DNA from: an uncultured bacterium
GTDB taxonomy: Bacteria > Patescibacteriota > Minisyncoccia > UBA6257 > GWB1-50-10
Length of the DNA: 64,000 nt
NCBI GenBank assembly: GCA_963722655.1
Contig: CAVRNT010000001.1
Location: 244,994 to 308,993, forward strand
Reading direction: 5' to 3'
The notes beneath the pieces were generated by a model that saw nothing but the letters and a program-made list of their open reading frames with translations, was not told the DNA's origin and ran no database searches. Below are positions 18,858 to 27,824 of the stretch, one piece after another. The position numbers were made by a program, and so were the translations under genes. Position 1 is the stretch's first letter. Every line of letters starts with the position of its first letter.

Positions 18858-19037
18858 ATGGACAAATGGCGCTCGACATACGTCAAGCTAGTAGTCCTTG
18901 AATTTGTACTAAGTGTGGTGTTCTTTGCACTTGGGCATTTTATTGGGAACGCTTATTTTCGTGGCGTAGGTGTCGGCTTGTTAATCGCTTGGGTCACAGG
19001 TGCCTTAGCTTATTTTATTATGAGGAGAAGAGCTTGA
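18858..19037 (+). CDS. Small membrane protein (2 TM, 59 aa; below the ORF-track cutoff)
   Basis: MDKWRSTYVKLVVLEFVLSVVFFALGHFIGNAYFRGVGVGLLIAWVTGALAYFIMRRRA*, with TATAAT upstream. Confidence 0.6.
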   Translation: MDKWRSTYVKLVVLEFVLSVVFFALGHFIGNAYFRGVGVGLLIAWVTGALAYFIMRRRA

Positions 19038-19161
19038 ATGTTTGTTTATACAAACCCCAACGCCTCAATCTCTTTCGCTATACTCTGCCAATCCACAGTT
19101 CTAAACGCGTCCAACAGGGGGGAGCTGATATTTCTTGACAACATTAGTATTTGTTTTATAG

Positions 19162-19302
19162 GGGGGTGGATGCCCTTACAATGCTTACCGCCTTAAAGGT
19201 TCCATTGAAGCTCTCGACGAAAGATTCTGCGCGCACGCTAAAGCTTCGACTCTTTTCCTTATCAAAGATTTATGGGAAAAACAGAAGGAAAAACAGAGTT
19301 GA
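19162..19302 (+). pseudogene. Remnant of a radical SAM/SPASM C-terminus
   Basis: GGGCPYNAYRLKGSIEALDERFCAHAK...QS* with an in-frame stop directly upstream and no start. Confidence 0.45.
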
Positions 19303-19339
19303 AATATTTTCTGGAGGAGAGAACCCCGTTCTCTCCTTT

Positions 19340-20038
19340 TTATTTATTTGCTACTATAGCAGCACTGCGCTCTATAAACTCGCTGATATCCTTAGATTCC
19401 CTATAAGCTTTTTCGGCGAGCGGTATCAATTTCTTGTGATCTGGATATGGATGAACATATCTGGAATCGATAATGCCCCTGTAATTTTCTGAGCGAAGTA
19501 CGACAACATTAAAGATTTCCGACAGGTCCCATAACTTTTCTTCTGACAGAGAAATCGCCAATTTATGGAACCTCCTTTTTACAAAATCGAAGAATATGAA
19601 ATGAAGAAGCTCGTGGCTGATGGTTTGTATGGCATCAGCAATGTTTTTCTTGTAGAAGAACTGGAATACCTTCGAGTCTAAAAAGCGCGGGTTACAATCA
19701 ACAATGGAGGCGTAAGCTATATACTGGCCATCGGGAAACTTGAACCCACCGAAAAGCTCTTCTGTAGTTTGAAAATAACGCGGCTCCACTTCGCGCCATT
19801 TTTCTCTTATTAGACTCACTCTTCTCTTTATCTCAATATTATGGAGGCTGTAGTATTTGTCGAAATAATTATTGACTATTAAATTCCTCTGCCGGAGGTC
19901 ACTTTTTGCGATGGATAATTTGGGGTGCAAACGGACTATATTTTCACTAAAATCAACTCCGGCAGCTTTCTCGTCAAGAAACACAAGCGCCATTCTTTTA
20001 TCAAACCATTTATTCGTGTAAAAACGCATTTTTTTCAT
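19340..20038 (-). CDS. Hypothetical protein with HExxH motif (putative Zn metallopeptidase)
   Basis: SHELLHFIF...LSEIFN. Confidence 0.65.
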   Translation of the reverse strand: MKKMRFYTNKWFDKRMALVFLDEKAAGVDFSENIVRLHPKLSIAKSDLRQRNLIVNNYFDKYYSLHNIEIKRRVSLIREKWREVEPRYFQTTEELFGGFKFPDGQYIAYASIVDCNPRFLDSKVFQFFYKKNIADAIQTISHELLHFIFFDFVKRRFHKLAISLSEEKLWDLSEIFNVVVLRSENYRGIIDSRYVHPYPDHKKLIPLAEKAYRESKDISEFIERSAAIVANK

Positions 20039-20200
20039 TTCTTTGATTATACAACCGTTGCTAAAAGTATCGAGTTCAATACATAGACCACTCCTTTATA
20101 ACCAAAAACCTACGATACAAAGAATCCATATATTTCCTGTCCAAAATGACATGTATAATAACGTCTGATCCAGGGAGCCAAAATAAAAAATCGGAACCCC

Positions 20201-20911
20201 TCACGGAGAAGGATTCCGATGATCGATGACGATGTTCTTGATCTTGAGCACTATGCCGACCTTGTTCTCATAGATGTAGAGATCGAGCATCGGATATACG
20301 ACGAACCCGTCCTTGGATCCGGCCAGGAATCGGCCCTTGATGAACGGCTTCCCTTGCAGGTTGAAGGCCCGGAGCTCGTAAGGGCATGGCCGGTATTTTC
20401 CATACGCCGCGTCCGTCTCGGCCGCCGTGTCGCGGAAGACGTAGAAGTTCAGCGTGTCCGTCCAGAGCCGGAAGGTGCCGGTCTGCCAAACGGCTTTCGG
20501 GTCCCGGAAGTATTCCCGCAGCGCCGCGAGGAAACGGATGACGTCCGCTCTCAAGGAGTCCCTTTTGAGCCGGTTGTTCGGCAGCTCCGACGGATCGATG
20601 AACGACAACTGCGTCGTGTCCGAAACGGCGCGGACCCATTCTTTGCCGTTTTGGCTCAGGACGTCCATGCAAAAATAGTCGTCGGCGCTTTTCGGATCGA
20701 CGACCGTCTCCTTATAGTTCAGTCCCTTCGGAGCCGCCTTGAGCCATTGAGCCGCCCCGCCGACCAATCCCGAAAGGAATTTCGGGAGGATCCAGATGTG
20801 GGTGAATTCAATGCCGTACTGCGTTTCTACGACGACCGTGTCGGCTTTCGACCCGGTCTGGTGATGGCCGGCGCCGGCGAGGAGCATCAGCCCTAAGCAC
20901 AACGTTCTCAT
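20201..20911 (-). CDS. Hypothetical secreted protein (orphan)
   Basis: Signal-peptide-like N-terminus; AAAGGAGG SD. Confidence 0.65.
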   Translation of the reverse strand: MRTLCLGLMLLAGAGHHQTGSKADTVVVETQYGIEFTHIWILPKFLSGLVGGAAQWLKAAPKGLNYKETVVDPKSADDYFCMDVLSQNGKEWVRAVSDTTQLSFIDPSELPNNRLKRDSLRADVIRFLAALREYFRDPKAVWQTGTFRLWTDTLNFYVFRDTAAETDAAYGKYRPCPYELRAFNLQGKPFIKGRFLAGSKDGFVVYPMLDLYIYENKVGIVLKIKNIVIDHRNPSP

Positions 20912-21025
20912 TTTGCCTCCTTTGTGAATGACTGGTTCGTATTCTAGCAGTTGACATTTCGGATGCCAAGCGGTATGCTTTCAAAACTGGGGATTTAGTC
21001 GGATTTCTAGCAAAACGCAACAAAC

Positions 21026-21223
21026 ATGACGGGAACGATCAAAACGTTAACGGACAGGGGGTTTGGGTTCATCGCTCGCGAAGGCGAAGCGAAGGACCTC
21101 TTCTTCCACTCGAAGGACCTGAGCGGTGTGGCCTATGACGACCTTAAGGTCGGGGACACCGTGACCTTCGAGGTCGTCCAGACCGAAAAGGGACCGAGCG
21201 CCAAAAACGTCTCGCGCGCCTAA
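21026..21223 (+). CDS. Cold shock protein
   Basis: RGFGFI and DLFFH RNP motifs, KGPSAKNV. Confidence 0.96.
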   Translation: MTGTIKTLTDRGFGFIAREGEAKDLFFHSKDLSGVAYDDLKVGDTVTFEVVQTEKGPSAKNVSRA

Positions 21224-21234
21224 CGGCAAAAAGG

Positions 21235-21267
21235 ACCGCTCCGATCTTATCGGGGCGGTTTTCTTTT
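21235..21267 (+). terminator. Intrinsic terminator after csp
   Basis: accgctccgat-ctt-atcggggcggt-tttctttt. Confidence 0.7.
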
Positions 21268-21580
21268 AGGATTTCCACTGCGAGCGTTTGAGGTCCGCGC
21301 GCTTGCCGCGGAACCTCACTCCTTCGCGCCGGAGCATCCTCTCCTTTTTCTTCAGCCCGCCCGGGGCGGAGTAGCCCGTGAGCACGCCGTTTGAGGCCAC
21401 GACCCGGTGGCAGGGGACTTTAGGTGCATAAGGGTTCGTTTTCATGAAGTGCCCGACGGTCCTCGCCGCCCGGCGGTTGCCGGCGAGGCGGGCGATTTGG
21501 CCGTAGGTCGCGACTTTCCCTTTGGGGATGCGCTTCGCGACCCCGTAGACCTTTTCGCGGAAAGTAGTTCTCTTTTTCAT
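21266..21580 (-). CDS. O6-methylguanine-DNA methyltransferase (MGMT) family protein
   Basis: IPKGKVATYGQIA, PCHRVV active site. Confidence 0.92.
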   Translation of the reverse strand: MKKRTTFREKVYGVAKRIPKGKVATYGQIARLAGNRRAARTVGHFMKTNPYAPKVPCHRVVASNGVLTGYSAPGGLKKKERMLRREGVRFRGKRADLKRSQWKS

Positions 21581-21584
21581 TCTC

Positions 21585-21794
21585 TTAAAGCAATCTTGGC
21601 GCTGAGCTTTCCTTCCGCCCGCGCACCTTGCGGTCGATCATCTTTTGGAGATCCGCCACCCGGACCTTCCATTTTTTGCCGATCTTGAAGGCCGGGATCT
21701 TCCCTTTGCGGCACCATTCGAACACCGTGCGCTCCGTGACGCCGAAGAACTTGGCGAGCTTGTCCGTGTTATAGATGCCGTTTTCCCTCTTCAC
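21585..21794 (-). CDS. Helix-turn-helix (excisionase-type) DNA-binding protein, GTG start
   Basis: LAKFFGVTERTVFEWCRKGKIPAFKIGKKWKV. Confidence 0.8.
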   Translation of the reverse strand: MKRENGIYNTDKLAKFFGVTERTVFEWCRKGKIPAFKIGKKWKVRVADLQKMIDRKVRGRKESSAPRLL

Positions 21795-21912
21795 CCTAAG
21801 ATTATACCACTGCCCCCGGCGGTTTGACCGGACTTTCCGACCGGTATATAAGTGAAGCCAAGTCAGCACCGGGTTCTTTAAAACCCGCCTAACAAAAAAA
21901 TAAGGAGGTTGT

Positions 21913-22212
21913 ATGCTCGATTCGGATTTTCTGGTCTTGGCCCTTTTCATTGTCGGGATCGTTCTTTGGTCGCCCGCCATAAAATTATGGGAACATCAGC
22001 GCGTTAAGGCGAGCCTCTTAGTGCTTATCGGGTCTGCTGTCACCCTGACGGCCGTCGCGGTTTTGAGTTTCCAGTCGGATCATTTCGACGTCGCCAATCG
22101 AAGCGTTTATGTCATTGTGAGCACGATCGCCTGGCTCATGGCCATAGTTCCATTCGTGGTCCGTCGCCTGCGTTCGCGCAAGAAAACCGCGCCCGAAGCC
22201 GCAGAAGAATGA
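21913..22212 (+). CDS. Hypothetical membrane protein (orphan)
   Basis: Three hydrophobic segments; TAAGGAGG SD. Confidence 0.7.
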   Translation: MLDSDFLVLALFIVGIVLWSPAIKLWEHQRVKASLLVLIGSAVTLTAVAVLSFQSDHFDVANRSVYVIVSTIAWLMAIVPFVVRRLRSRKKTAPEAAEE

Positions 22213-22234
22213 AGAAAGAAAAAGGAGGAAACAA

Positions 22235-22363
22235 ATGCTTGAAACGCTCGATTGGCTGGCCGATTCCCATCGTTGGTTCATTTACTTGGGGATCGCGGTG
22301 TTGATCATCGCTTTCTGGTTCGGCTTTTATTCCGTCGTCGCTCATTTTATCGGTTTAAATTAA
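22235..22363 (+). CDS. Small single-TM protein (42 aa)
   Basis: AAAGGAGG SD; MLETLDWLADSHRWFIYLGIAVLIIAFWFGFYSVVAHFIGLN*. Confidence 0.6.
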   Translation: MLETLDWLADSHRWFIYLGIAVLIIAFWFGFYSVVAHFIGLN

Positions 22364-22564
22364 TGAGCGGTAAAGTAAATGATTTCGCCGCAGGTTCACG
22401 ATGGACCTGCGGTTTTCTTTTAACTTCCTTCCCGCCCGTCGCCCACCAACCTTCCCGCCTGCCGGCTTTGGGGGTATGATATAAGGAAATTATGGGTAGG
22501 CCACTCAAGGAAAAAAATAAACGATCTAGATTTGAAGAATGGTGGTGAGTTTTTTAATTTTTCT

Positions 22565-22592
22565 CCCGCCGCGAAAGCGGCGGGTTTTGTTT
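22565..22592 (+). terminator. Intrinsic terminator
   Basis: cccgccgc-gaaa-gcggcggg-ttttgttt. Confidence 0.75.
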
Positions 22593-22612
22593 GGGGGTGG
22601 TAGAATTGGCTT

Positions 22613-23050
22613 ATGGAAATCCGAACTGACGCCTCTTTCGGTGTCATCCCGATATACGATGATGGGAAAGCGCTCCGGACCATCATCGTGAGCAATAAGA
22701 AAGACCGCCATTGGACGTCGCCCAAGGGCCACAAAATCGGCAACGAAACGGACCTGGAAACCGCCCGCCGGGAGCTTTTCGAAGAAACCGGCATCAAGGA
22801 CATCGAGCTTTTGGACGTCGAACCGATCAAAGACACTTACAAATATAAGATTGAGGGCGTTCGCTACGAGAAGACCGTCACGTACTTCATCGGCCGGGTT
22901 GGCGCTATGACCGTAGCGACACCGGCGGATTTCCAAAAAGAAATACCGGAAACGCGCTGGGTGACGTTAGAAGAGGCGCAAAAACTCCTCTTCCCGTCCG
23001 GTTTCCGAGTTGTCCAAGCCGTCTTTGAAAAATCCAGCGTGGTAGAATAA
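22613..23050 (+). CDS. NUDIX hydrolase (Ap4A hydrolase-like)
   Basis: PKGH...ETDLETARRELFEETG Nudix box. Confidence 0.9.
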   Translation: MEIRTDASFGVIPIYDDGKALRTIIVSNKKDRHWTSPKGHKIGNETDLETARRELFEETGIKDIELLDVEPIKDTYKYKIEGVRYEKTVTYFIGRVGAMTVATPADFQKEIPETRWVTLEEAQKLLFPSGFRVVQAVFEKSSVVE

Positions 23051-23054
23051 AAAT

Positions 23055-23582
23055 ATGAAGCTCGTCGGAGAAAGAGCGGTATTACGGCCACTTGAACTTG
23101 CGGATGCGGAGCGGTTCGTGAAATGGTTCAACGACCCGGCTGTTCACCGCTTTTTGACGCGGCGAAAGATTACGCTCAAGGAAGAGCGCGTCTGGATACG
23201 GTCAATCCCGAAAAGGAAAGGAGAGGTTCACTTCGCGATAGAGACCCGCGAAGGAGTCCATATCGGAAGCGTCGGCTTGAACGAGATCAACAGGCGGGAT
23301 AAATACGCCATATTCGGCATCGTAATCGGCGACAAACGCTATTGGAGCAAGGGTTATGGCACGGAAGCGATGAAGCTCATCGTGGACTACGGTTTCCGCC
23401 GCCTGAAGCTCCACCGCATCGAGTTGGACGTCTACGACTACAACGCGCGCGGCATCAAACTCTACCGCCGCTTGGGTTTCAAGTTCGAAGGCAAAAAGCG
23501 CGAGCGAGTCAGGTGGAAAAGAAAGTATTATGACGTGCTCCAGATGGGCATTTTGCGCCGCGAGTGGCTGAAATGCCGATAA
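23055..23582 (+). CDS. GNAT acetyltransferase, RimJ/RimL family
   Basis: YWSKGYGTEA, LHRIELDV, GFKFEG. Confidence 0.92.
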   Translation: MKLVGERAVLRPLELADAERFVKWFNDPAVHRFLTRRKITLKEERVWIRSIPKRKGEVHFAIETREGVHIGSVGLNEINRRDKYAIFGIVIGDKRYWSKGYGTEAMKLIVDYGFRRLKLHRIELDVYDYNARGIKLYRRLGFKFEGKKRERVRWKRKYYDVLQMGILRREWLKCR

Positions 23583-23659
23583 CCTCCCCGCCACGCCAAT
23601 AAAATAAGAAAGCTCCGCGCGGGGCGCGGAGCGATGAAAGGCACGTTATCTCGGCCTAA

Positions 23660-23971
23660 CTAAGGCGGCCGTTCGTGAAGCCGCTCATAATCGAGTAGCG
23701 GCTCAAAGACGCATGGCGGTTTGTTCCGATGGCAGGAGCGCTCCAATGAGCCGCGCCTGCGAATGTCGCCGACCGGCGGCGAGTAGAAGCCGAGGTCTAG
23801 GACGGAAATATCCGGCAACGACAGCCGAATTTCTTTAAGTGGCGGGAATGCCAGCTCGTCAACAAGGGCAATGGGCGATTTTTTTATCGCGGCATCCATT
23901 GCCCTGATGGACCGAATGACGTCAATAAAGTCGTCATCCAGGCCGAAGATCATCACGAAAAGATTTCTCAA
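23660..23971 (-). CDS. Hypothetical protein (orphan), TTG start
   Basis: AGGAGG SD; TTGACA-17 nt-TATTCT promoter upstream; hairpin downstream. Confidence 0.5.
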   Translation of the reverse strand: MRNLFVMIFGLDDDFIDVIRSIRAMDAAIKKSPIALVDELAFPPLKEIRLSLPDISVLDLGFYSPPVGDIRRRGSLERSCHRNKPPCVFEPLLDYERLHERPP

Positions 23972-24068
23972 TTCGGTCCTCCTGATGTTTAACCGCCTAC
24001 TTTTGAAATTTTAATGAACTAAAACGCGGTTGGAAGAATACGACCGAACGGCAAAATTGTCAACCCGG

Positions 24069-25424
24069 TCAAATGCTCCCGAGGTCCACGGATTCAAGCG
24101 TTTGGCCTTTGAGGAAGAACAGGTTCGAGCCGCTCAAATAGAATTTGGAGACGCCGTCCGAGATAATACTCGTGTTCTGGGGCGTCCGGTCGCCGAGTTC
24201 GACGACCGAGAGCGTGCCGCCCGCGAGCGTTAGGCCGTAGCCGGGATAGTCGGGGAGCCAGGCGAAATCGTCCGGAGCGCCGCCCGGGACGGCCACGGTC
24301 CAGTTCTCGCCGGCGGTGAATTGGTCATCGTTCCAGTAATCCTTGATGGCGAGGATCGAGAGTTGGCCGCCCGAGGAAAGGAGCGCCAACCGCTCCTCGC
24401 CCGGCGAGAGCCAGAAGTCGGCGACGCCTTTTGTGAGCGGCAGGAGCGTCTGGCCGCTCCGGTCGTATTCGGAGAGCGTACCGTCCTTTTGGAGCATGAA
24501 AAGTGTACCGCCCTCGGGCGTCACGGCCATCTTCGAGATGCTCGCCGCATCGATGGGAAATTCGTTCGTCGTCTGAAGGAGCAGATTGAAGATATCGAGC
24601 GTGCTCGAAGCATCGAGCGCGAAGACCTCGTTCTCGCTCACGGCCATGGCGGCGATGCCGCCAGTCTTGAAAAGGAGCGTTAGTTTCATCTGGCGCAGGT
24701 CCAACAGATAGACGGCCTTGGCCGAAGAGATGATGAGCCGGTTGCCGCTGAAGGGATGGAAGAAAACCCCGCTTATCGGCACCGTGCCCGTGAGGCCGAG
24801 CTGGGTTTGGCGCAAAGCGTTGAAGAGGTCGGTGACGTTCACAGCGTTCTCCGGTTCCGATAGATTTATCCAGAAGTAGCTCTGGCCGTCGGTCGTGACG
24901 ATGGCATTGCTCGATTGGTCGCTTAAAACCACGCTTTTCCCCTGGAGCGTGCTTCCGTCCAAGCGGAGCGCGCCGGACCGGTTTTGAAGGATGGCGCCGG
25001 CACTGGTCAGCCAGAAATCGGGGACGGTGCCAGTCGCGGCGGATCGGATCGGCCAAGCATCCGGCCAAAGCTCGATCTGCGAGGCCGAGGTGACGAGGCC
25101 GGAATCCACCGAGAGGTTCTCGGTCCACGCGGCGTAACCGTCAGAGGCGACGCGGACGCCGTAGTTGCCGGGAACGAGGTTGGGAATGAAGACGCCGCTC
25201 GAGAGGAAGCCGGCGCTCGCGGTCTGGAGCTTACCGTCCAGATATATCTGGGCGCCGCGGGGCGCGAACTTCAAAAAGAGCGCGCCGGTCTTCTCCACCC
25301 GGAATGTCTTAAGGTTCAAGACCCAGCCGCCCGCGGAAAGGGCGAGGTAGCCGCCGAGGAGGATGAAAACGGCGACGAGGGCGTAAAAAAAGAGGCGGCG
25401 GGTCCTTATTCGCATCAAAGACAT
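24069..25424 (-). CDS. PEGA-domain / beta-propeller membrane-anchored protein
   Basis: N-terminal TM, P.GAQIYLDG...NLVPGNY.VRV..DGY..W. Confidence 0.8.
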   Translation of the reverse strand: MSLMRIRTRRLFFYALVAVFILLGGYLALSAGGWVLNLKTFRVEKTGALFLKFAPRGAQIYLDGKLQTASAGFLSSGVFIPNLVPGNYGVRVASDGYAAWTENLSVDSGLVTSASQIELWPDAWPIRSAATGTVPDFWLTSAGAILQNRSGALRLDGSTLQGKSVVLSDQSSNAIVTTDGQSYFWINLSEPENAVNVTDLFNALRQTQLGLTGTVPISGVFFHPFSGNRLIISSAKAVYLLDLRQMKLTLLFKTGGIAAMAVSENEVFALDASSTLDIFNLLLQTTNEFPIDAASISKMAVTPEGGTLFMLQKDGTLSEYDRSGQTLLPLTKGVADFWLSPGEERLALLSSGGQLSILAIKDYWNDDQFTAGENWTVAVPGGAPDDFAWLPDYPGYGLTLAGGTLSVVELGDRTPQNTSIISDGVSKFYLSGSNLFFLKGQTLESVDLGSI

Positions 25425-25487
25425 CTTACATCACAGCTTGAAATAAGGAAGTTGAAATTCCGCCCGGCAGGGAGTAAATTGATTCTG

Positions 25488-26495
25488 ATGTTCATCAGGA
25501 AGATCGGAATAGATCTAGGCACCACCAATACGATCGTCTTTTTGCCCAACCACGGGATCGTCATCAACGAGCCGACCGTGGTCGCCCTCCGCAAGCCCGA
25601 CAACGCGGTCCTTGCCGTCGGGGCCGAGGCCAAAGAGATGGTCGGCCGCACGCCGGACGACATCGTGACCTACAAGCCCCTCAAGGACGGCGTCATCGCC
25701 GAGTACTACGTGACCCAGGCGATGCTCAAATATTTCATCACGAAGAGCGTGGGCTCTTGGAACGTCTTCCGCCCCGACGTTGTGATCTCCGTGCCCGCCG
25801 GCATCACCTCCACCGAATACCGCGCCGTGATGAACGCCGCGAAGGAGGCGAGCGCCAAGGAGGCCTATCTCGTCAAAGAACCAATATTGGCTGCGCTTGG
25901 CGCCGGCATTCCCATCCACTCCGCGGAGGGGAACATGATCGTGAACATCGGCGGCGGGACGACCGAAGTGGCCGTGATCTCCTTGGGCGGCATCGTCACC
26001 TGGGCCTCGCTCCGCGTCGCCGGGAACCGCTTCGACCACTCGATCACCGAATACATCAAGAAGAAGTACGGCCTCGCGATCGGCGAGACGACGGCTGAGA
26101 ACGTCAAGATCGCGATCGGCACCGCCCTCCAGAACCGCAATAAGATGGAGATGAAGATCCGCGGCCGCGACCTCTCTTCGGGCCTGCCCAAGGACCTCGT
26201 CATTAACTCGAACGAGATCGCCGAGGCGGTGAACCCGCATCTCGTGGAGATCATGGGCGCGGTCCAGTCCGTCTTCAACGTCACGCCGCCGGAACTCGCC
26301 GCCGACATCATGGAAAAGGGCATCATCCTTTCGGGCGGCAGCGCCCAGCTCCGGGATATCGAGGAGTTCTTCAAGCGCTCTTTGGGCGTCGCGGCCTACG
26401 TCGCCGAGGAGCCCATCCTCTGCGTTTCGAAGGGCACGGCGATCATTTTGAACCATTTGGACGTCTACAAAAGGACCCTCCTCAACAAGCGCTAA
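25488..26495 (+). CDS. mreB: Rod shape-determining actin MreB/Mbl (copy 1)
   Basis: GIDLGTTN, EPTVVA, NIGGGTTEVA, TPPELAADI. Confidence 0.95.
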   Translation: MFIRKIGIDLGTTNTIVFLPNHGIVINEPTVVALRKPDNAVLAVGAEAKEMVGRTPDDIVTYKPLKDGVIAEYYVTQAMLKYFITKSVGSWNVFRPDVVISVPAGITSTEYRAVMNAAKEASAKEAYLVKEPILAALGAGIPIHSAEGNMIVNIGGGTTEVAVISLGGIVTWASLRVAGNRFDHSITEYIKKKYGLAIGETTAENVKIAIGTALQNRNKMEMKIRGRDLSSGLPKDLVINSNEIAEAVNPHLVEIMGAVQSVFNVTPPELAADIMEKGIILSGGSAQLRDIEEFFKRSLGVAAYVAEEPILCVSKGTAIILNHLDVYKRTLLNKR

Positions 26496-26498
26496 CCG

Positions 26499-27257
26499 AT
26501 GCTCTTCGGCTACGACTCCAAGACCGCCGCTTTCAAAAGGCTCATCCGGGAGGACAAACTTTCCCACGCCTACCTTTTTTACGGCGACGAGGGGATAGGC
26601 AAGAAGACCTTTGCCCGCCTCTTCGCCGCGGCGGTCGAGACGGGCAAATGGGAAGGATCGCGCGCGCCACTCATCGACGCCCTCTTTTTGGAACCGGGCG
26701 AAAACGGCAGCTTGGGCATCGAGGCCGTGAACGGCGCGAAGAACTTCCTCTACCAAAGACCGATCGCCTCGCCCAAGCGCTTCCTCCTCATCGGCCAATC
26801 GGAAGCCCTCACCCCCGAGGCCGAGGGGGCGCTCCTCAAGGTGGTCGAAGAGCCGCCGGAGCACGCGCTCATCGTCTTCGTGGCGCGGAGCCGAGAATTC
26901 TTCCTGCCGCCGCTCCTTTCGCGCTTGGAGAAGGTCTACTTCCCGCGGCTCTCGGTCAAAGAGGTGGAGAGATTTTTGAAGGAAGAGAAAGGGGTGATGG
27001 GCGAAACGGCCAAACGCGTCGCGAGCCAATCCTTCGGGAGCATAGGCCGGGCGCTTGCGGTCATCGAGGGCGTTAAGCCCGATCCCGAGGACGTCCTCGC
27101 CGAACTGCGCTCCGAGATCGTCCGGCTCTATCGGGCGGACGTCCGGAAGAACGCCTCGAAGCTCCGCTGGCTCCTCGAGCGCGAAACGCTCATTTCGCGG
27201 TATAATCTGAACATGAACCTGCAGAAGAAGGCCATCCAGGAAACGCTCAACGGTTAA
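26499..27257 (+). CDS. holB: DNA polymerase III delta' subunit-like protein
   Basis: SHAYLFYG..GIGK, ALLKVVEEPP, LSR. Confidence 0.8.
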   Translation: MLFGYDSKTAAFKRLIREDKLSHAYLFYGDEGIGKKTFARLFAAAVETGKWEGSRAPLIDALFLEPGENGSLGIEAVNGAKNFLYQRPIASPKRFLLIGQSEALTPEAEGALLKVVEEPPEHALIVFVARSREFFLPPLLSRLEKVYFPRLSVKEVERFLKEEKGVMGETAKRVASQSFGSIGRALAVIEGVKPDPEDVLAELRSEIVRLYRADVRKNASKLRWLLERETLISRYNLNMNLQKKAIQETLNG

Positions 27258-27275
27258 AAATTCGAAGATTTGAAC

Positions 27276-27824
27276 ATGGACTATCTCGATAATTTAAAGA
27301 AAGAGACGGCCAAATTAATAGATAGCTTCAAGAAGGCCGTCTCCGGCATCCGCACCGGGCGGCCGCAAGCGGCCCTCGTCGAGGACCTCCGGGTGGACTA
27401 CTACGGCCAGACGCTGCCCGTAAAGCAGGTGGGGACGATCGGCGTCCAGCCGCCGCGCGACATCGTCATCCAGGCCTGGGACAAGAACGCCGTCCCCGCG
27501 ATCGCCAAGGCCATCGAGTCCTCGACCTTGAACCTCTCGGCCGCCGTCGAGGGGAACATCGTCCGGGTCCATCTGCCGGAGCTCTCGGCCGAGAGGCGCG
27601 AGGAGCTCAAGAAGCACGTGGGCAAGCTCACGGAGGAGCACCGCATCGAACTGCGGCGGGTCCGCGACGAGGCCAAAAAGCAGACCGACGCGCTTTCCGA
27701 CAAAGGGGAGTTCAGCGAGGACGACAAGTTCCAGGCCCGGGAGGAGATCCAAAAAGAAGTGGACCGCGCGAACGATGAGTTTCAGAAGATCTTCGACGCG
27801 AAGATCAAGGAAATAAGCGAATGA
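27276..27824 (+). CDS. frr: Ribosome recycling factor
   Basis: IRTGR, VDYYG, PELSAERREEL. Confidence 0.95.
   Translation: MDYLDNLKKETAKLIDSFKKAVSGIRTGRPQAALVEDLRVDYYGQTLPVKQVGTIGVQPPRDIVIQAWDKNAVPAIAKAIESSTLNLSAAVEGNIVRVHLPELSAERREELKKHVGKLTEEHRIELRRVRDEAKKQTDALSDKGEFSEDDKFQAREEIQKEVDRANDEFQKIFDAKIKEISE

Larger units (their letters stand above)
8029..19125. mobile_element. Integrative element / defence island at the tRNA-Asn 3' end
   Basis: Serine recombinase abutting the tRNA, visibly lower GC, GGGGAGC repeated at 8029-8035 and 19119-19125, R-M and TA cargo. Confidence 0.8.

Noticed and set aside
21585-21794. Excisionase-type HTH as part of the integrative element
   Set aside because: It lies about 2.5 kb outside the right junction in host-like GC and is operonic with the MGMT gene.
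25515-27029. Long antisense or alternate-frame ORFs (also 4310-5638, 38053-38976 and many others)
   Set aside because: They are shadows of well-supported genes in GC-rich DNA and have no recognisable motifs.
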